Source: Verrucomicrobiales bacterium (GTDB lineage: Bacteria; Verrucomicrobiota; Verrucomicrobiia; Verrucomicrobiales; SLCJ01). From it: DNA of 64,000 nt. The first letter of the stretch is position 1; each line of letters begins with the position of its first letter. Position numbers and translations under genes: made by a program. The stretch lies in the NCBI GenBank assembly GCA_046075565.1, contig JBJTQJ010000025.1, positions 32,001 to 96,000 of the forward strand, written 5' to 3'. The notes under the pieces are model-generated. The model did not search any database. It was given only the letters and a program-made list of their open reading frames with translations, and was not told the DNA's origin. Of this stretch, positions 42,303 to 52,786 are shown one piece after another.

Positions 42303-43289
42303 ATGAGGTCCCGCCTCCTCGCCATCGTGGTTTTCTCGATTGCCGTGCTCCCGGCGCGGGCGGTGATGTTTTTTTCGACTGGCGATCCGACGCACAACCT
42401 GAATACAGCTCCGACAGGCCCGCTGGCCGGCTCGGGTTGGCAATACCAGGGCTATTTCGGAAGTTTTCTCGGCACGGCCATCTCCCCGAAACATTTCATC
42501 ACCGCCGCCCATGTCGGCACTTCCCCAACCTTCGTGTCGAAAAGCTTTTTCAATGGAGGCTCTGATGTGACGTATACCGTCGATACCACATTCAATGGCG
42601 GCATTGGATACAAGACACTTTCCGGCACGGATCTGAGGGTTTTCCAGATCACCGGAACCTTTCCGGCTTATGCGCCGCTCTATACAAAAACCGACGAGGT
42701 CGGTAAAGGACTGGTGGTAGTGGGAAGGGGCACACAACGCGGGGCCGAGGTGATCGTGAGCAGCGAATTGAAGGGCTGGAGGTGGGGAGCGGCCGACGGG
42801 CAGGCCCGCTGGGGCACGAATACGGTTTCAGCGGCCGTATCCAGCGGTGCCGGGGATTTGCTCCTCGCCGAATTCAATTCCGATGCCGGCGGGGACGAGG
42901 CCCATTTATCGGGAGGTGATTCCGGTGGCGCGGTTTTTATCAACGATGGTGGAATTTGGAAATTGGCGGGCATTAATTTTGCTGTCGAGGGGAGCTTCGA
43001 CACGAACAATGTGGTCGATACGAATGAATTCGAGGCCGCGCTTTTTGATATGGGCGGGCTCTACATCGGGAGGGACACACCGTCCCCGGATTGGACGTTC
43101 ATTCCGGATCTGGCCACCGACATTCCAAGCCAATTTGCGGCCAGCCGCATCAGCAGTTCCGTTGGCGCGATCCTCGCTATCCCGGAAGTCGGAGCGCTGA
43201 TCCCCGAGCCGGAGAACGGTGCCCTCCTGCTAGTGGCTTCCTCGCTGCTGTTTCGGAGACGGCGTGGGCGCCCCTTATCGCCCATGTAG
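42303..43289 (+). CDS. Trypsin-like serine protease with PEP-CTERM sorting signal
   Basis: Signal peptide; TAAH, DL and GDSGG triad; C-terminal IPEP + TM + RRRR. Confidence 0.88.
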   Translation: MRSRLLAIVVFSIAVLPARAVMFFSTGDPTHNLNTAPTGPLAGSGWQYQGYFGSFLGTAISPKHFITAAHVGTSPTFVSKSFFNGGSDVTYTVDTTFNGGIGYKTLSGTDLRVFQITGTFPAYAPLYTKTDEVGKGLVVVGRGTQRGAEVIVSSELKGWRWGAADGQARWGTNTVSAAVSSGAGDLLLAEFNSDAGGDEAHLSGGDSGGAVFINDGGIWKLAGINFAVEGSFDTNNVVDTNEFEAALFDMGGLYIGRDTPSPDWTFIPDLATDIPSQFAASRISSSVGAILAIPEVGALIPEPENGALLLVASSLLFRRRRGRPLSPM

Positions 43290-43319
43290 GACGACGACAA
43301 GGAGTCGCCGACGTTCACC

Positions 43320-43712
43320 TCAGGCTTTCAATGCGGCGAGCCATTTGTGGATGACTGGATTCAGATCGGGAGCTTCGTTGGCATCGCGGGTGAAATACTT
43401 CGTCTCGATGGATGCAATCTCGGCTTCGAGTTCGGCGGCGCGTGTAGCATCGAGTTTTGGCGCCAACGCCTGTTTTATCCGGCGCAGGAAAGCGACGGTG
43501 GCGAAAGGGGTGGCTTCCGATGGCGGGAAAATTTCACCCACGCTTTCGACAACGGGTTTTGGTTTCCGTTTCATCCAGATGACGATCCCCACGAGAAGAA
43601 CCAGGAGAGGAACAAGCACAAACCAGAGCTTATTGCCTGCGCCAGTTCCCGGGAGGACCACCCCCTTGGCGGCATCGGCGGGCGTGAGTTCGATGAGGTC
43701 GGCACAAAAGCC
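43320..43712 (-). pseudogene. C-terminal remnant of a larger membrane-anchored protein
   Basis: Protein-like sequence (ADLIEL, TM, TPFATVAFLRRI...IETKYF) with no convincing start; upstream codons look non-coding. Confidence 0.5.
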
Positions 43713-43841
43713 CCAAAGCCAGACACGCACCGATCAGAGGTTGTTACCATGGCCCAGCCCTCTCGATGCGCTCAGCGGTCAGGCCCCTCGAATGTGGCAA
43801 AAAGCCGTTGCCGGTAGCGGCTCAAGGTGGTTTCCTGTGCC

Positions 43842-44471
43842 ATGAAGACTGCCGGTTTGTTTCTGCCCCTGCTGGTCCTGTTCGCTGCTTGCGGACGCGA
43901 GACCAAAGAACCCGCCAGTCCGCCGCCAGCGGCGCAGTTGCAAATCCCCGCTGGGGCGGAAGCGGAAACCACCAAAGCCCGGGAAGCAGTCGCCTCCTAC
44001 GCGGGCGAGTTGAAGGCAAAACTCATGGCCGCCCTGGGGGAAGGTGGCGCGGTCGGGGCCATCGAAGTCTGCTCCAAGATTGCACCCGAATTGGCCACTG
44101 CCCACGGGGAAAAATCCGGCCTCACCATCCGGCGGGTGACCACACGCAGTCGCAATCCCGACGCCGAGCCCGACGAGTGGGATCTGTAAACCATCGATGC
44201 CTTCGCCAACCGCCTGCGCATGGGAGCCTCCCCTCTCAATCTTGAACGCGCCGAAACCGCCACCATGGAGGGTCAGCCGGTGCTCCGTTATGCCAAGGCC
44301 ATCCCCGTCGATGCCCTCTGCCTCACCTGCCACGGGAAAGAAATCGCCCCGCCCATCGCCCAAAAACTCCGCGATCTTTACCCGGACGACAAGGCCACCG
44401 ACTATCAGGTCGGCGACCTGCGGGGCATCTTCTCCGTCGTCGTGCCCATGGCGCAGGGCTCGGCCAACTGA
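43842..44471 (+). pseudogene. DUF3365/Tll0287-like c-type heme lipoprotein interrupted by a nonsense codon
   Basis: Lipobox LFAAC, RNPDAEPDEW, CLTCH, GDLRGIFSV; single in-frame TAA at 44187-44189. Confidence 0.85.
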
Positions 44472-44573
44472 GGTGGAATTTCCCGGCGGCGGCACCCAGA
44501 TTCCACCAAGATTGCCCTTTTCCCCGGGTCCGGCATCGGTCCTGCTTATCCAAACACTCCATCCCTTTCCCCA

Positions 44574-47318
44574 ATGCCCGAAAATCAAACGGAAAAGCCA
44601 CTGCTCAACGACGGATTCCAGCTCCTGGAATCGGAACTTTCTTTCGCCCTGGAAGTTTTCGCCGGGGTTCTGGAACGGCTCGGGCAGGCCGGGTTGGCGG
44701 GCAAATTGCCATGGACCGGCAAGGCTTTGCCGGTGGTTGAAGGCCCGGATCGCTCGCTCGGGCAGGCGTATTCCATCGCCTTCCAGCTCCTGAACATCGT
44801 CGAGGAACGCGTGGCCGCTCAAGTCCGCCGCTGGCGGGAAAAACAGCAAGGACCCCAGGCTGAGAAAGGGCTCTGGCCGGACAAACTGGCCCAGATGCAA
44901 CGATTGGGTTTGGATGAAGCCGCCCTGCTCGAGGTGCTCTCCGAGATCCGCGTCGAGCCGGTGCTAACCGCCCATCCAACGGAGGCGAAACGCGGCACGG
45001 TGCGCGAACGCCACCGCGAAATCTACGATCTCATCCAAGCCCGCGAAAATCCCGCCTATACCGAACGCGAGCGGGAACGCGGACGTCGCTTTCTTGAAAA
45101 CCAAATCGAGGCGCTCTGGCGCACGGGCGAAATCCATGTGACTCGCCCGACCATCGCGCAGGAACTCGACAATGCCCTCTTCTATCTGCGGGAGGTTTTC
45201 CCCGAAGCGGTTTCGCGTGCGCACACCCATCTGCGCGAAGCCTGGCAGGCGGCCGGTTTTGATGTGAGCAAATTGGATGCGCTTCCCCCGATGGTTCGAT
45301 TCGGCACGTGGATCGGAGGCGATCGCGATGGCCATCCGGGTGTGACCGCCGATGTGACACGCGACGCGCTCGCGAGTTTGCGTTACAACTCGCTGCGATT
45401 GTTTGCCCGCCAGCTCGAGCGCCTTGCCCACCATTTGCCGCTGAGCCGGTATTTCCAAACCGTCCCGCCCGCGCTCGAGAACCTGCTCGGAAAATTGCAC
45501 GAGGAACTGCGCGCTGCCGGCAACAGCGAGGCCGACACACTCGTTGAACAACACCGCGAAGAACCATGGCGCGCGGTCGCCCATCTCATGCGCCAGAAGA
45601 TCCTGCTTTCCCGCGACCAGCCTTCAGCGCCGTCGATCTATAGAGCTCCCGAAGATCTCCTAACCGATCTGGAGATCCTGGCAAAATCCCTCGAAACGGC
45701 GGGCGCGACCACCGCAGTTGCGGAATTCATCGCGCCCTTGCGGCGTCAGCTCGCGACCTTTGGATTCCACTCGGCCATCCTCGATGTGCGTCAGAACTCC
45801 GCCTTCCACCAGAAGGCGCTCGGGCAGTTGCTCGCCAAGGCCGGTGTCCTCGGCGCGGAATCATTCGAAGCCTGGACGGAGGAGGACAAACGCGCCTTCC
45901 TCGAAAAGGAACTGCGCTCGCCGCGGCCATTTCTCGCTCCCGGCATGGCGGCGGGACCGGAAGCCGATGCGGTGCTGAATTGTTATCGGGTGCTGGCGAA
46001 GCACCGGGCACGTCATGGTGGCGCGGGACTGGGCGCGCTCATTGTCTCCATGACGCGCGGCGTATCCGATCTCCTCACGGTTTATGTGCTCGCTCGCGAA
46101 GCGGGGTTGATGGAGTTGGCGCACGGCGGCTTGCGGTGCCCGCTGCCCGTGGTGCCGCTCTTTGAAACCATGGACGATCTCGAGGCCGCGCCCGCCATCG
46201 TCGATCATTTCCTTGCCCATCCGGTCACTCGCCGCGGCTTGGGCGAGGATGCGGACTTCCAAATGATGCTGGGCTATTCCGACTCTAACAAAGACTGTGG
46301 TATTCTCTCCAGCCAGTGGGCATTGCACAAGGCGCAAAGAACTCTCGCGGAAACCTGCGCCCGCCATTGCATGCGGCCGGTCTTTTTCCACGGGCGCGGA
46401 GGCACCGTCGGGCGGGGCGCTGGACCGACCCATTGGTTCATGGAAGCGTTGCCCCATGGCGCGCTCGGCGGAGCGTTCCGCATGACCGAACAAGGGGAAA
46501 CCATCGCGCAGAAATACGCACACCTCGGTGCCGCGACCTACCATACCGAATTGCTCGTGGCATCGGTGAGCGCCGCCACCGCCAAGCACCGGAAAGGCAA
46601 GGCACCCGGCGAAGCCGACCCGGCTCTTTTGGAGAAACTTGCGGGTTGGAGCCGAGCTGCTTATCGCGAATTCCTCCACGCGCCCGACTTCATGGCATTC
46701 TATCGCACGGCCACACCGATTGACGCGCTGGAAAATGCCCGCATCGGTTCACGGCCCGCCCGCCGCACCGGACGCGCCACCTTGGAAGATCTTCGCGCCA
46801 TCCCGTGGGTATTCTCGTGGACGCAGTCGCGCTTCTATCTCCCGGGATGGTTCGGCGCCGGCTCCGCTTTCCAAAAATTGCGCGAGGAAGATCCGGACGC
46901 TTTTACCCGGTTGGGTGAACAAACACGCGGCGATGCCTTCCTGCGTTATGTCCTGACCAATATCGATGGATCTCTCGCCAGCACGAACGAGAAAATCATG
47001 ACCGCCTACGCGGCCCTTGTGCCCGATGCGGAAATCCGGGAAAATTTCCTCGGCACGATCCTGCGGGAACTCACCGCCACTCGTCAGGCCTTACATGATC
47101 TTTTCCGGGGCAGCTTCCAGGATCGCCGTCCGCGGATGGCCCGCACCCTCGCCATCCGTGAGGAACCGCTGCGCGTGCTCCACATGCAACAAATCTCGTT
47201 GCTGCGCGAGTGGCGTGCCCGCCTTGCCGCCGGCGATGCCAGTGGTGCCGACAGCATGGTGCCGGATTTGCTCATCTCCGTGAATGCTATCTCTTCCGGC
47301 CTGCGCACCACGGGGTGA
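44574..47318 (+). CDS. ppc: Phosphoenolpyruvate carboxylase
   Basis: VLTAHPTE, GGDRDG, MLGYSDSNKD, FHGRGGTVGRG, LRAIPWVFSWTQ, GLRTTG. Confidence 0.97.
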   Translation: MPENQTEKPLLNDGFQLLESELSFALEVFAGVLERLGQAGLAGKLPWTGKALPVVEGPDRSLGQAYSIAFQLLNIVEERVAAQVRRWREKQQGPQAEKGLWPDKLAQMQRLGLDEAALLEVLSEIRVEPVLTAHPTEAKRGTVRERHREIYDLIQARENPAYTERERERGRRFLENQIEALWRTGEIHVTRPTIAQELDNALFYLREVFPEAVSRAHTHLREAWQAAGFDVSKLDALPPMVRFGTWIGGDRDGHPGVTADVTRDALASLRYNSLRLFARQLERLAHHLPLSRYFQTVPPALENLLGKLHEELRAAGNSEADTLVEQHREEPWRAVAHLMRQKILLSRDQPSAPSIYRAPEDLLTDLEILAKSLETAGATTAVAEFIAPLRRQLATFGFHSAILDVRQNSAFHQKALGQLLAKAGVLGAESFEAWTEEDKRAFLEKELRSPRPFLAPGMAAGPEADAVLNCYRVLAKHRARHGGAGLGALIVSMTRGVSDLLTVYVLAREAGLMELAHGGLRCPLPVVPLFETMDDLEAAPAIVDHFLAHPVTRRGLGEDADFQMMLGYSDSNKDCGILSSQWALHKAQRTLAETCARHCMRPVFFHGRGGTVGRGAGPTHWFMEALPHGALGGAFRMTEQGETIAQKYAHLGAATYHTELLVASVSAATAKHRKGKAPGEADPALLEKLAGWSRAAYREFLHAPDFMAFYRTATPIDALENARIGSRPARRTGRATLEDLRAIPWVFSWTQSRFYLPGWFGAGSAFQKLREEDPDAFTRLGEQTRGDAFLRYVLTNIDGSLASTNEKIMTAYAALVPDAEIRENFLGTILRELTATRQALHDLFRGSFQDRRPRMARTLAIREEPLRVLHMQQISLLREWRARLAAGDASGADSMVPDLLISVNAISSGLRTTG

Positions 47319-47470
47319 GCGCGTTACTTTTCATAAGCGTGGCCTTGGATTGCCACGAACAGGCGTTCGAATCAAGCAGAATCGGAAAATTCACGTCTTT
47401 CCCGTGGCGAAACCCAGCCTCAAGCAATCGCGTGATGTGCGTGACTCCGACTTCGCTGCCGCCTCACAGG

Positions 47471-47499
47471 AAGCCGACTACTGGTGGGTCGGGTTTTTT
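47471..47499 (+). terminator. Probable intrinsic terminator between ppc and the convergent vapC
   Basis: CCGAC...GTCGG stem followed by GTTTTTT. Confidence 0.5.
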
Positions 47500-47926
47500 A
47501 ATCGAGCGGATTGATCCAGCGCAGGCTTGGGAAGCGCAGGAAATCGGAATCGGTGCTGTGGAGTTCACCCTGGTGTTCGACGGCCAGCGCAGCGAGTTGA
47601 GCGTCTGTTGTCAAATTTCCCGCTGTGCCAAGCAGGATCAGATACTCAAGAAATAGTGATTCGAATTTGGCGCCGGGGTGGATGATGCGAACGGGTTCTT
47701 GGGCCAGCCAGGAGCGCACATGTGCGACCGCTTCCCCCACGTCTAGCGGATGGGAAAGCACTCTGGGATGGGTCATCAGCCGGAGGAACCCGCTCATGCA
47801 CACCCAGGGCAATCCCACGGGGACTCTGCCGTTCAGCAATCCTTCCCACCACGCTTTGGCCTTTTCGTGCTGCGGGGCCCGTTTGTTGTGGGCATAAATG
47901 AGAAGGTTGATATCCGGAATGATCAT
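47498..47926 (-). CDS. VapC-family PIN domain toxin
   Basis: MIIPDINLLIYA, FLRLMTHPR, DAQLAALA, TDSDFLRFP. Confidence 0.93.
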   Translation of the reverse strand: MIIPDINLLIYAHNKRAPQHEKAKAWWEGLLNGRVPVGLPWVCMSGFLRLMTHPRVLSHPLDVGEAVAHVRSWLAQEPVRIIHPGAKFESLFLEYLILLGTAGNLTTDAQLAALAVEHQGELHSTDSDFLRFPSLRWINPLD

Positions 47927-48186
47927 GGCCGCGGGCCCTGTTTGGCTAGAAACTCTCCGGCCTCGATTTCATCCACCAGTTGATTCAGTTTTCCAGAATC
48001 GATGCCGGGGAGGAATGCGGACGAATGGGGTTTCACCCGGTAAGGTTTCGGGCGTTTCGCTGCTGCCAAGCCCAGCCCTCTGCGCAGAGCCTCGTTGACA
48101 ATCACCTTCAAAGGGCGCTTGCCTAACGCCGCTTCCTGCTTGAGCCGGTCGGCTACCTCAGGATCTATCGTTAACGTTGTGCGCAT
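47923..48186 (-). CDS. VapB-like RHH antitoxin
   Basis: MRTTLTIDPEV...VNEALRRGL; 4-nt overlap with vapC. Confidence 0.9.
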   Translation of the reverse strand: MRTTLTIDPEVADRLKQEAALGKRPLKVIVNEALRRGLGLAAAKRPKPYRVKPHSSAFLPGIDSGKLNQLVDEIEAGEFLAKQGPRP

Positions 48187-48188
48187 GA

Positions 48189-48230
48189 GGCATCTTCGCA
48201 TCAATCTTTTTGATGTCAAGACATCAAAAA
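48189..48230 (-). promoter_or_regulatory. VapBC promoter/operator
   Basis: Perfect IR TTTTTGATGTC-AA-GACATCAAAAA (48207-48230) containing TTGACA on the minus strand; further GATGC half-sites up to the ATG. Confidence 0.75.
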
Positions 48231-48323
48231 TCGGAGGGAACCTCGCGGGGAAGCGGCGCATTTCACCATCGGCCGCAGTTGCAATCCCCGGGTATTTCGG
48301 CAAGACTGGGTCCACGACGGTTC

Positions 48324-48836
48324 ATGATTCCGCAGCATTATCCCATTGAAGACGGAAAACTTTATGGCGGGGAGTATCCCGCCGATAGGGATCCGAAAGT
48401 CGCAAGAGAACGCCTGTGGCCACTGGTCACTCTGGGCATCCGCACCTTCATTGACCTCACAAGCCCCGCTGACCGCATGGCTCCCTATGAAGCGATTCTC
48501 GGGGAATTGGAGAAAGAAGCCGGATGTCATCTCCGCCGGATATCCGTGCCGATTGTGGACATGGGGATCCCCGAGAACAGCACGACGACGAAAACGATTC
48601 TTCAACATGTGAACGATTGTAAAATCCACGCTCCGGCTGTCTATGTGCATTGTTGGGGCGGGATCGGTCGCACTGGCACGGTCGTCGGCTGTTGGCTCAG
48701 GGAATGTGGTTATGATCCGGAAGCCGCCTTGGCCCGTGTCCAGCACCTGTATGCCACGAACATGCCGAAAGTCCGCTTTCACCCGGAATCACCGCAGACG
48801 CCCGCGCAGAAGGATTACATCCGGAAGTGGTCGTAG
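48324..48836 (+). CDS. Dual-specificity/tyrosine phosphatase family protein
   Basis: CX5R loop VHCWGGIGRTG; GGEYP and SPQTPAQ motifs. Confidence 0.88.
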   Translation: MIPQHYPIEDGKLYGGEYPADRDPKVARERLWPLVTLGIRTFIDLTSPADRMAPYEAILGELEKEAGCHLRRISVPIVDMGIPENSTTTKTILQHVNDCKIHAPAVYVHCWGGIGRTGTVVGCWLRECGYDPEAALARVQHLYATNMPKVRFHPESPQTPAQKDYIRKWS

Positions 48837-48859
48837 CAGTCGCGGATTCGCGATCACCG

Positions 48860-51346
48860 CTATTTGATCAACACTTCGCGAGGTTTCGCGCCTTCGCCGG
48901 GACCGACGTAGCCGCGTTGTTCCAGCAGATCCATCATTCGGGCGGCCCGTGTGTAACCGAGACGCAAACGCCGCTGGAGCAACGAGGTGGATGCACGCTT
49001 TTCCTGGATGATGACTTCCACGCACTTCTGCAGCATTTCTTCATCCTCGTCGCTCACTTCCTCGCCATCATCGGAGTCACCGCCGGCGAGCACCTCTTCG
49101 ATGCGGGTCTCGAATTTCTGTTCCCCTTGGCTGGAACAATGGTGGACCATACGATGCACTTCCTCGTCCGTTATGAAGGCGCCTTGGCAACGCAGGAGTT
49201 GCGCCGTGCCCGGCGGGAGATAGAGCATGTCGCCTTTGCCGACGAGTTTCTCCGCGCCATTCGCATCGAGGATGACCCGTGAATCGATACCCGAGGAAAC
49301 TTGGAAGGCGATGCGGCTTGGGATGTTCGCTTTGATCACGCCGGTAATGACCGTTGAACGCGGCGTCTGGGTCGCGATGATCAAATGGATGCCGGCAGCA
49401 CGGGCCTTCTGGGCGATTCGTGCGATCAACATTTCAACATCCGCCGAAGCCGTCTGCATGAGGTCAGCCAACTCGTCGATGATGACCACGATGTAGGGGA
49501 TCCGCTCTGGAATCGCTTCCTCTTCCGGTTCCGGTTCTTCATCAAAGTCCGGGCCGAACAGTTCTCCATCCTCGAGGGCGCGGGCCACGGATTCAATGGC
49601 TTCCTCATCCACTTCTTTGGATTCTTCTTCCGGTTCCGGTTCGGGCTCGACCGCCTTTTTCTCTTCTTGCGGTCGGTTGTTGAAGGAATCGAAGTTTCGC
49701 ACTTTGACTTTGGCGAAAATCCGGTAGCGCCGTTCCATCTCAATCACCACCCAGCGCAGCGATTGAATCACCTTCTTCGCATCCGTTACCACCGGAGCGA
49801 CGAGGTGAGGAAGTGTGTTGTATTCCGCCATCTCCACGACCTTCGGGTCCACCATGATCAACCGCAGCTCATCCGGCGTGAATCGGAACAACATCGACGC
49901 GATGATCGAGTTGAGACAGACCGACTTACCCGAACCAGTGGAACCAGCCACGAGCAAGTGCGGCATGGCCGCGAGATCGCCCACGATGACATTCCCATAC
50001 ACATCCTTGCCGAGGGCGAGCGGGATCTTTTTCTTCGACGAGGTGAACGCCGGATCCTCAAGCAACTCGCGCAGGGGCACCAGCACCTTCTTCGAATTCG
50101 CAATCTCGATGCCGACGGTATCCTTACCGGGAATGGGCGCGATGATGTGGATGCGTTCAGCGCGGGTGGCCCGCGCGATATCGGCTTCAAGGGCGGCGAT
50201 GCGGCTCACACGCAGGCCGGCCGTGGGATAAATTTCGTAGCGGGTGACGGTGGGGCCGCGGGTGATGTCGCCCGGTTTCACCATGATGCCGAACGTGGCC
50301 AATGTGTTGATGATGGTTTCCTGCGCGGCGATCAGCTCGTTTTTGTCGGCGGGCGTGTTGCCGGTCGGATCGCTCCAGTCGAGGATTTCCAATGTCGGCG
50401 TGGTGTAGCCGGGGAATTGCGCGCTCTCGAGTGGCTGCGGTTTCTTCTCCGGGAAGAGCACCGATCGTCCCGCCGGTTTTGTGGGTTGGCGGACGGACGA
50501 GTCAATGATCCGGCGCTCCGGCGCGAATTCGAGCGGTAATTCCGCCGGGACCGCTTCCGGCTCGGCCGGGGCGGGAATGACCACATCTTCCGGCAGGGGA
50601 TCCTTCACCCGGCGCTGGCGTGTAGCTTTCGCAGGCGGGGGAGGCATCACGGGAGGAGCGACGGGCTGCGATGCCGTTTCTCGCTCGGCTTCCTCGCGGG
50701 CAAGTCGACGCTCTTCCAGCTTGTCAGCGAGCCCGCGTTTGCTCATTCTTGCGAATTGCCATGGGTGAATACCCGTGAAGAGCGGCAAAGCAACCAGATA
50801 AATCCCCACCAAAATCAGGATGGCACCGACCTGTCCGAGCAGGCTCTCGAGCACCATCCCGCCGATGGCTTTGCCGAAGAATCCCCCGGGCGAATCCCCG
50901 AGTTGGTTGTAAATCGTGCCGTCGCCGTGCAGGAAAAGCCGCTGCACATGCAGCAAAGCCGCCGAACTGAGCAGCAGCAATCCCCAGCCCAGGAGCATTT
51001 TGCCCTGTTCGCGGCTGAGGCCCATCAACCGACTCAAGCCCAGCCAGGCCATCCCAGCCGGCAAGAGATAAGCCGCCGCCCCGAATAGCAAATAGGCCCC
51101 AAGGGCCAGCACCGCCCCCACCGGACCGATGAAATTCCTCGCTGGATGGTGCGGCTCGGCCAGGCTATTAAAACGAGTCCATGCCGGGAGGTCGCCGGCA
51201 TCGAAGGAAATCAGGGCCAGGAAGACCGCCAACGCGAAGATGCACAGCAGCACCGCGAAGATTGCACCTCGCTTCGGATGTTCGTCGGGACCATCCTCCT
51301 CCTCGAGTGGACGGGGATGGCGGAAGGTGTTCCTCGATGGTGCCAT
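48860..51346 (-). CDS. ftsK: DNA translocase FtsK
   Basis: N-terminal TMs; PHLLVAGSTGSGKS, IIDELADLM, gamma domain LQRRLRLGYTRAAR. Confidence 0.97.
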   Translation of the reverse strand: MAPSRNTFRHPRPLEEEDGPDEHPKRGAIFAVLLCIFALAVFLALISFDAGDLPAWTRFNSLAEPHHPARNFIGPVGAVLALGAYLLFGAAAYLLPAGMAWLGLSRLMGLSREQGKMLLGWGLLLLSSAALLHVQRLFLHGDGTIYNQLGDSPGGFFGKAIGGMVLESLLGQVGAILILVGIYLVALPLFTGIHPWQFARMSKRGLADKLEERRLAREEAERETASQPVAPPVMPPPPAKATRQRRVKDPLPEDVVIPAPAEPEAVPAELPLEFAPERRIIDSSVRQPTKPAGRSVLFPEKKPQPLESAQFPGYTTPTLEILDWSDPTGNTPADKNELIAAQETIINTLATFGIMVKPGDITRGPTVTRYEIYPTAGLRVSRIAALEADIARATRAERIHIIAPIPGKDTVGIEIANSKKVLVPLRELLEDPAFTSSKKKIPLALGKDVYGNVIVGDLAAMPHLLVAGSTGSGKSVCLNSIIASMLFRFTPDELRLIMVDPKVVEMAEYNTLPHLVAPVVTDAKKVIQSLRWVVIEMERRYRIFAKVKVRNFDSFNNRPQEEKKAVEPEPEPEEESKEVDEEAIESVARALEDGELFGPDFDEEPEPEEEAIPERIPYIVVIIDELADLMQTASADVEMLIARIAQKARAAGIHLIIATQTPRSTVITGVIKANIPSRIAFQVSSGIDSRVILDANGAEKLVGKGDMLYLPPGTAQLLRCQGAFITDEEVHRMVHHCSSQGEQKFETRIEEVLAGGDSDDGEEVSDEDEEMLQKCVEVIIQEKRASTSLLQRRLRLGYTRAARMMDLLEQRGYVGPGEGAKPREVLIK

Positions 51347-51468
51347 GGGGGCTGGAATAATAAAGCTCACCGAACCATCATGGTAGTAAAAATATCCCGC
51401 AAGGCAAAGCCGGGATTTTTCGAATTTTGAGAACTTTTACCAATCCGGAGAATTTTCGACCGCGTCTC

Positions 51469-51969
51469 TCACCTCTTCCCGCTGATCGGTCTTCTCGATT
51501 CGACAAGCAATCGTGAACGCCGGTCACGGCGGAGGGTGAACCGTTCGCGCAGGACACCGCGGGGTTTGTCTCCATGTTCGACCTCGATGGTGACCATCAT
51601 GGGGAGGGCCTGGAAAGAAAGCACCCGGAAGAGAGGCGTGCGACGGGACCGGAGGAAGCAATGGAAAGGCACATCCTCATGGCGGGCATTCCAGAGGAAA
51701 CCCGAAGGCGGAAAGTCGGATTCCTCGGAGAGGGCGGCGAAGGTTTCCCGCAGGATTTCCTCACCGTGTTCGCGCGCGAGTTTGGCGGCCTCGCGGCGGT
51801 TGAGGGCTTCTTCGATGGCGGCGGCGGGTCCGAGCCGGCGCGACTCGGCGATTTCGACGAGCAGGAACCGGGCGTGCGCGTCGATGGCGGCATGCAACTC
51901 TCGCCGGCTGATTTTTCCCAAATCATACATCCGGAAGAGTTGGGCGGGGGTCGGCGGGGAGCGGAGCAT
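51469..51969 (-). CDS. Hypothetical protein (start may be 52002)
   Basis: Co-oriented ORF in the mpl cluster; no known motif. Confidence 0.65.
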   Translation of the reverse strand: MLRSPPTPAQLFRMYDLGKISRRELHAAIDAHARFLLVEIAESRRLGPAAAIEEALNRREAAKLAREHGEEILRETFAALSEESDFPPSGFLWNARHEDVPFHCFLRSRRTPLFRVLSFQALPMMVTIEVEHGDKPRGVLRERFTLRRDRRSRLLVESRRPISGKR

Positions 51970-51994
51970 CACGGCGGCGACAACAATACGCGGT

Positions 51995-52774
51995 TCAGGC
52001 ATCCATGGCGCTTTCGACGGCGCGAACAAACGCGGCCTGCGCGAGCACGCGGCGGTAGAGCGAAAACTCCGAGGGCGTCTCGAAGGTCAGCACTTGCCAG
52101 GCCCAATGGGTGTAAAGGGAAAAGGCCTCCGGCCATCCATCCATCCGGGGCAAGGCGGCGCGGCGAATCAATCCATCCTCGGCGGCCCGGCCTTCGATAA
52201 CGTGGCGCGGATCATTCGGGATGTGCACGGTGGCGGCATCCATTGTCTCGCGTGCGAAGGCGCGGCGTCTGCGCCGGTAGAGTTCATAACAATAGTTGCC
52301 GCGCGCGTCGAAATCCTCGTGCAGACAAACGGCGGTGTGGAACCAGCCTTCCGGGGTGTAACGCTCAAGCACACGTTCCCAGCGACGCACCAACGCGGGC
52401 ATGGGGCTGGTGAAGGTCCGGTTCAGATCGCGGCCCCGGCGATCCTCGCGGCGATTGTGGACGAGACCCCATGGATTGAGGCAGGGAAAAATGAGCAACG
52501 GACGCTTCTGGCAGGCGAGGCGCAGGCGCGCCCATTCGATCAGGCCCCACACCGATGCCGGTTCGTCGCCGTGAATGCCCGCGCTCAGGTAGAGGCCGGG
52601 CTGGTCTGGATCACCCTCCTTGGCCACCCAGATCACGGGAAAACCACCATCGGCGGCGAAGACTCCGATCTCAGCGCCCGCGTCGGAGGCCAGCACGCGC
52701 CATGCTTCAACCACGCCGCGATAGTCATGCGCGCGGTGGCGGGCGAGAAAATGATCTTCTTTGCGGGCGGGCAT
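51995..52774 (-). CDS. M14-family metallocarboxypeptidase (MpaA/AstE-like)
   Basis: SAGIHGDEP, NPWG, DLNR, LHED, TFETP; 12 nt downstream of mpl. Confidence 0.85.
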   Translation of the reverse strand: MPARKEDHFLARHRAHDYRGVVEAWRVLASDAGAEIGVFAADGGFPVIWVAKEGDPDQPGLYLSAGIHGDEPASVWGLIEWARLRLACQKRPLLIFPCLNPWGLVHNRREDRRGRDLNRTFTSPMPALVRRWERVLERYTPEGWFHTAVCLHEDFDARGNYCYELYRRRRRAFARETMDAATVHIPNDPRHVIEGRAAEDGLIRRAALPRMDGWPEAFSLYTHWAWQVLTFETPSEFSLYRRVLAQAAFVRAVESAMDA

Positions 52775-52786
52775 GCGATGGAAAAA

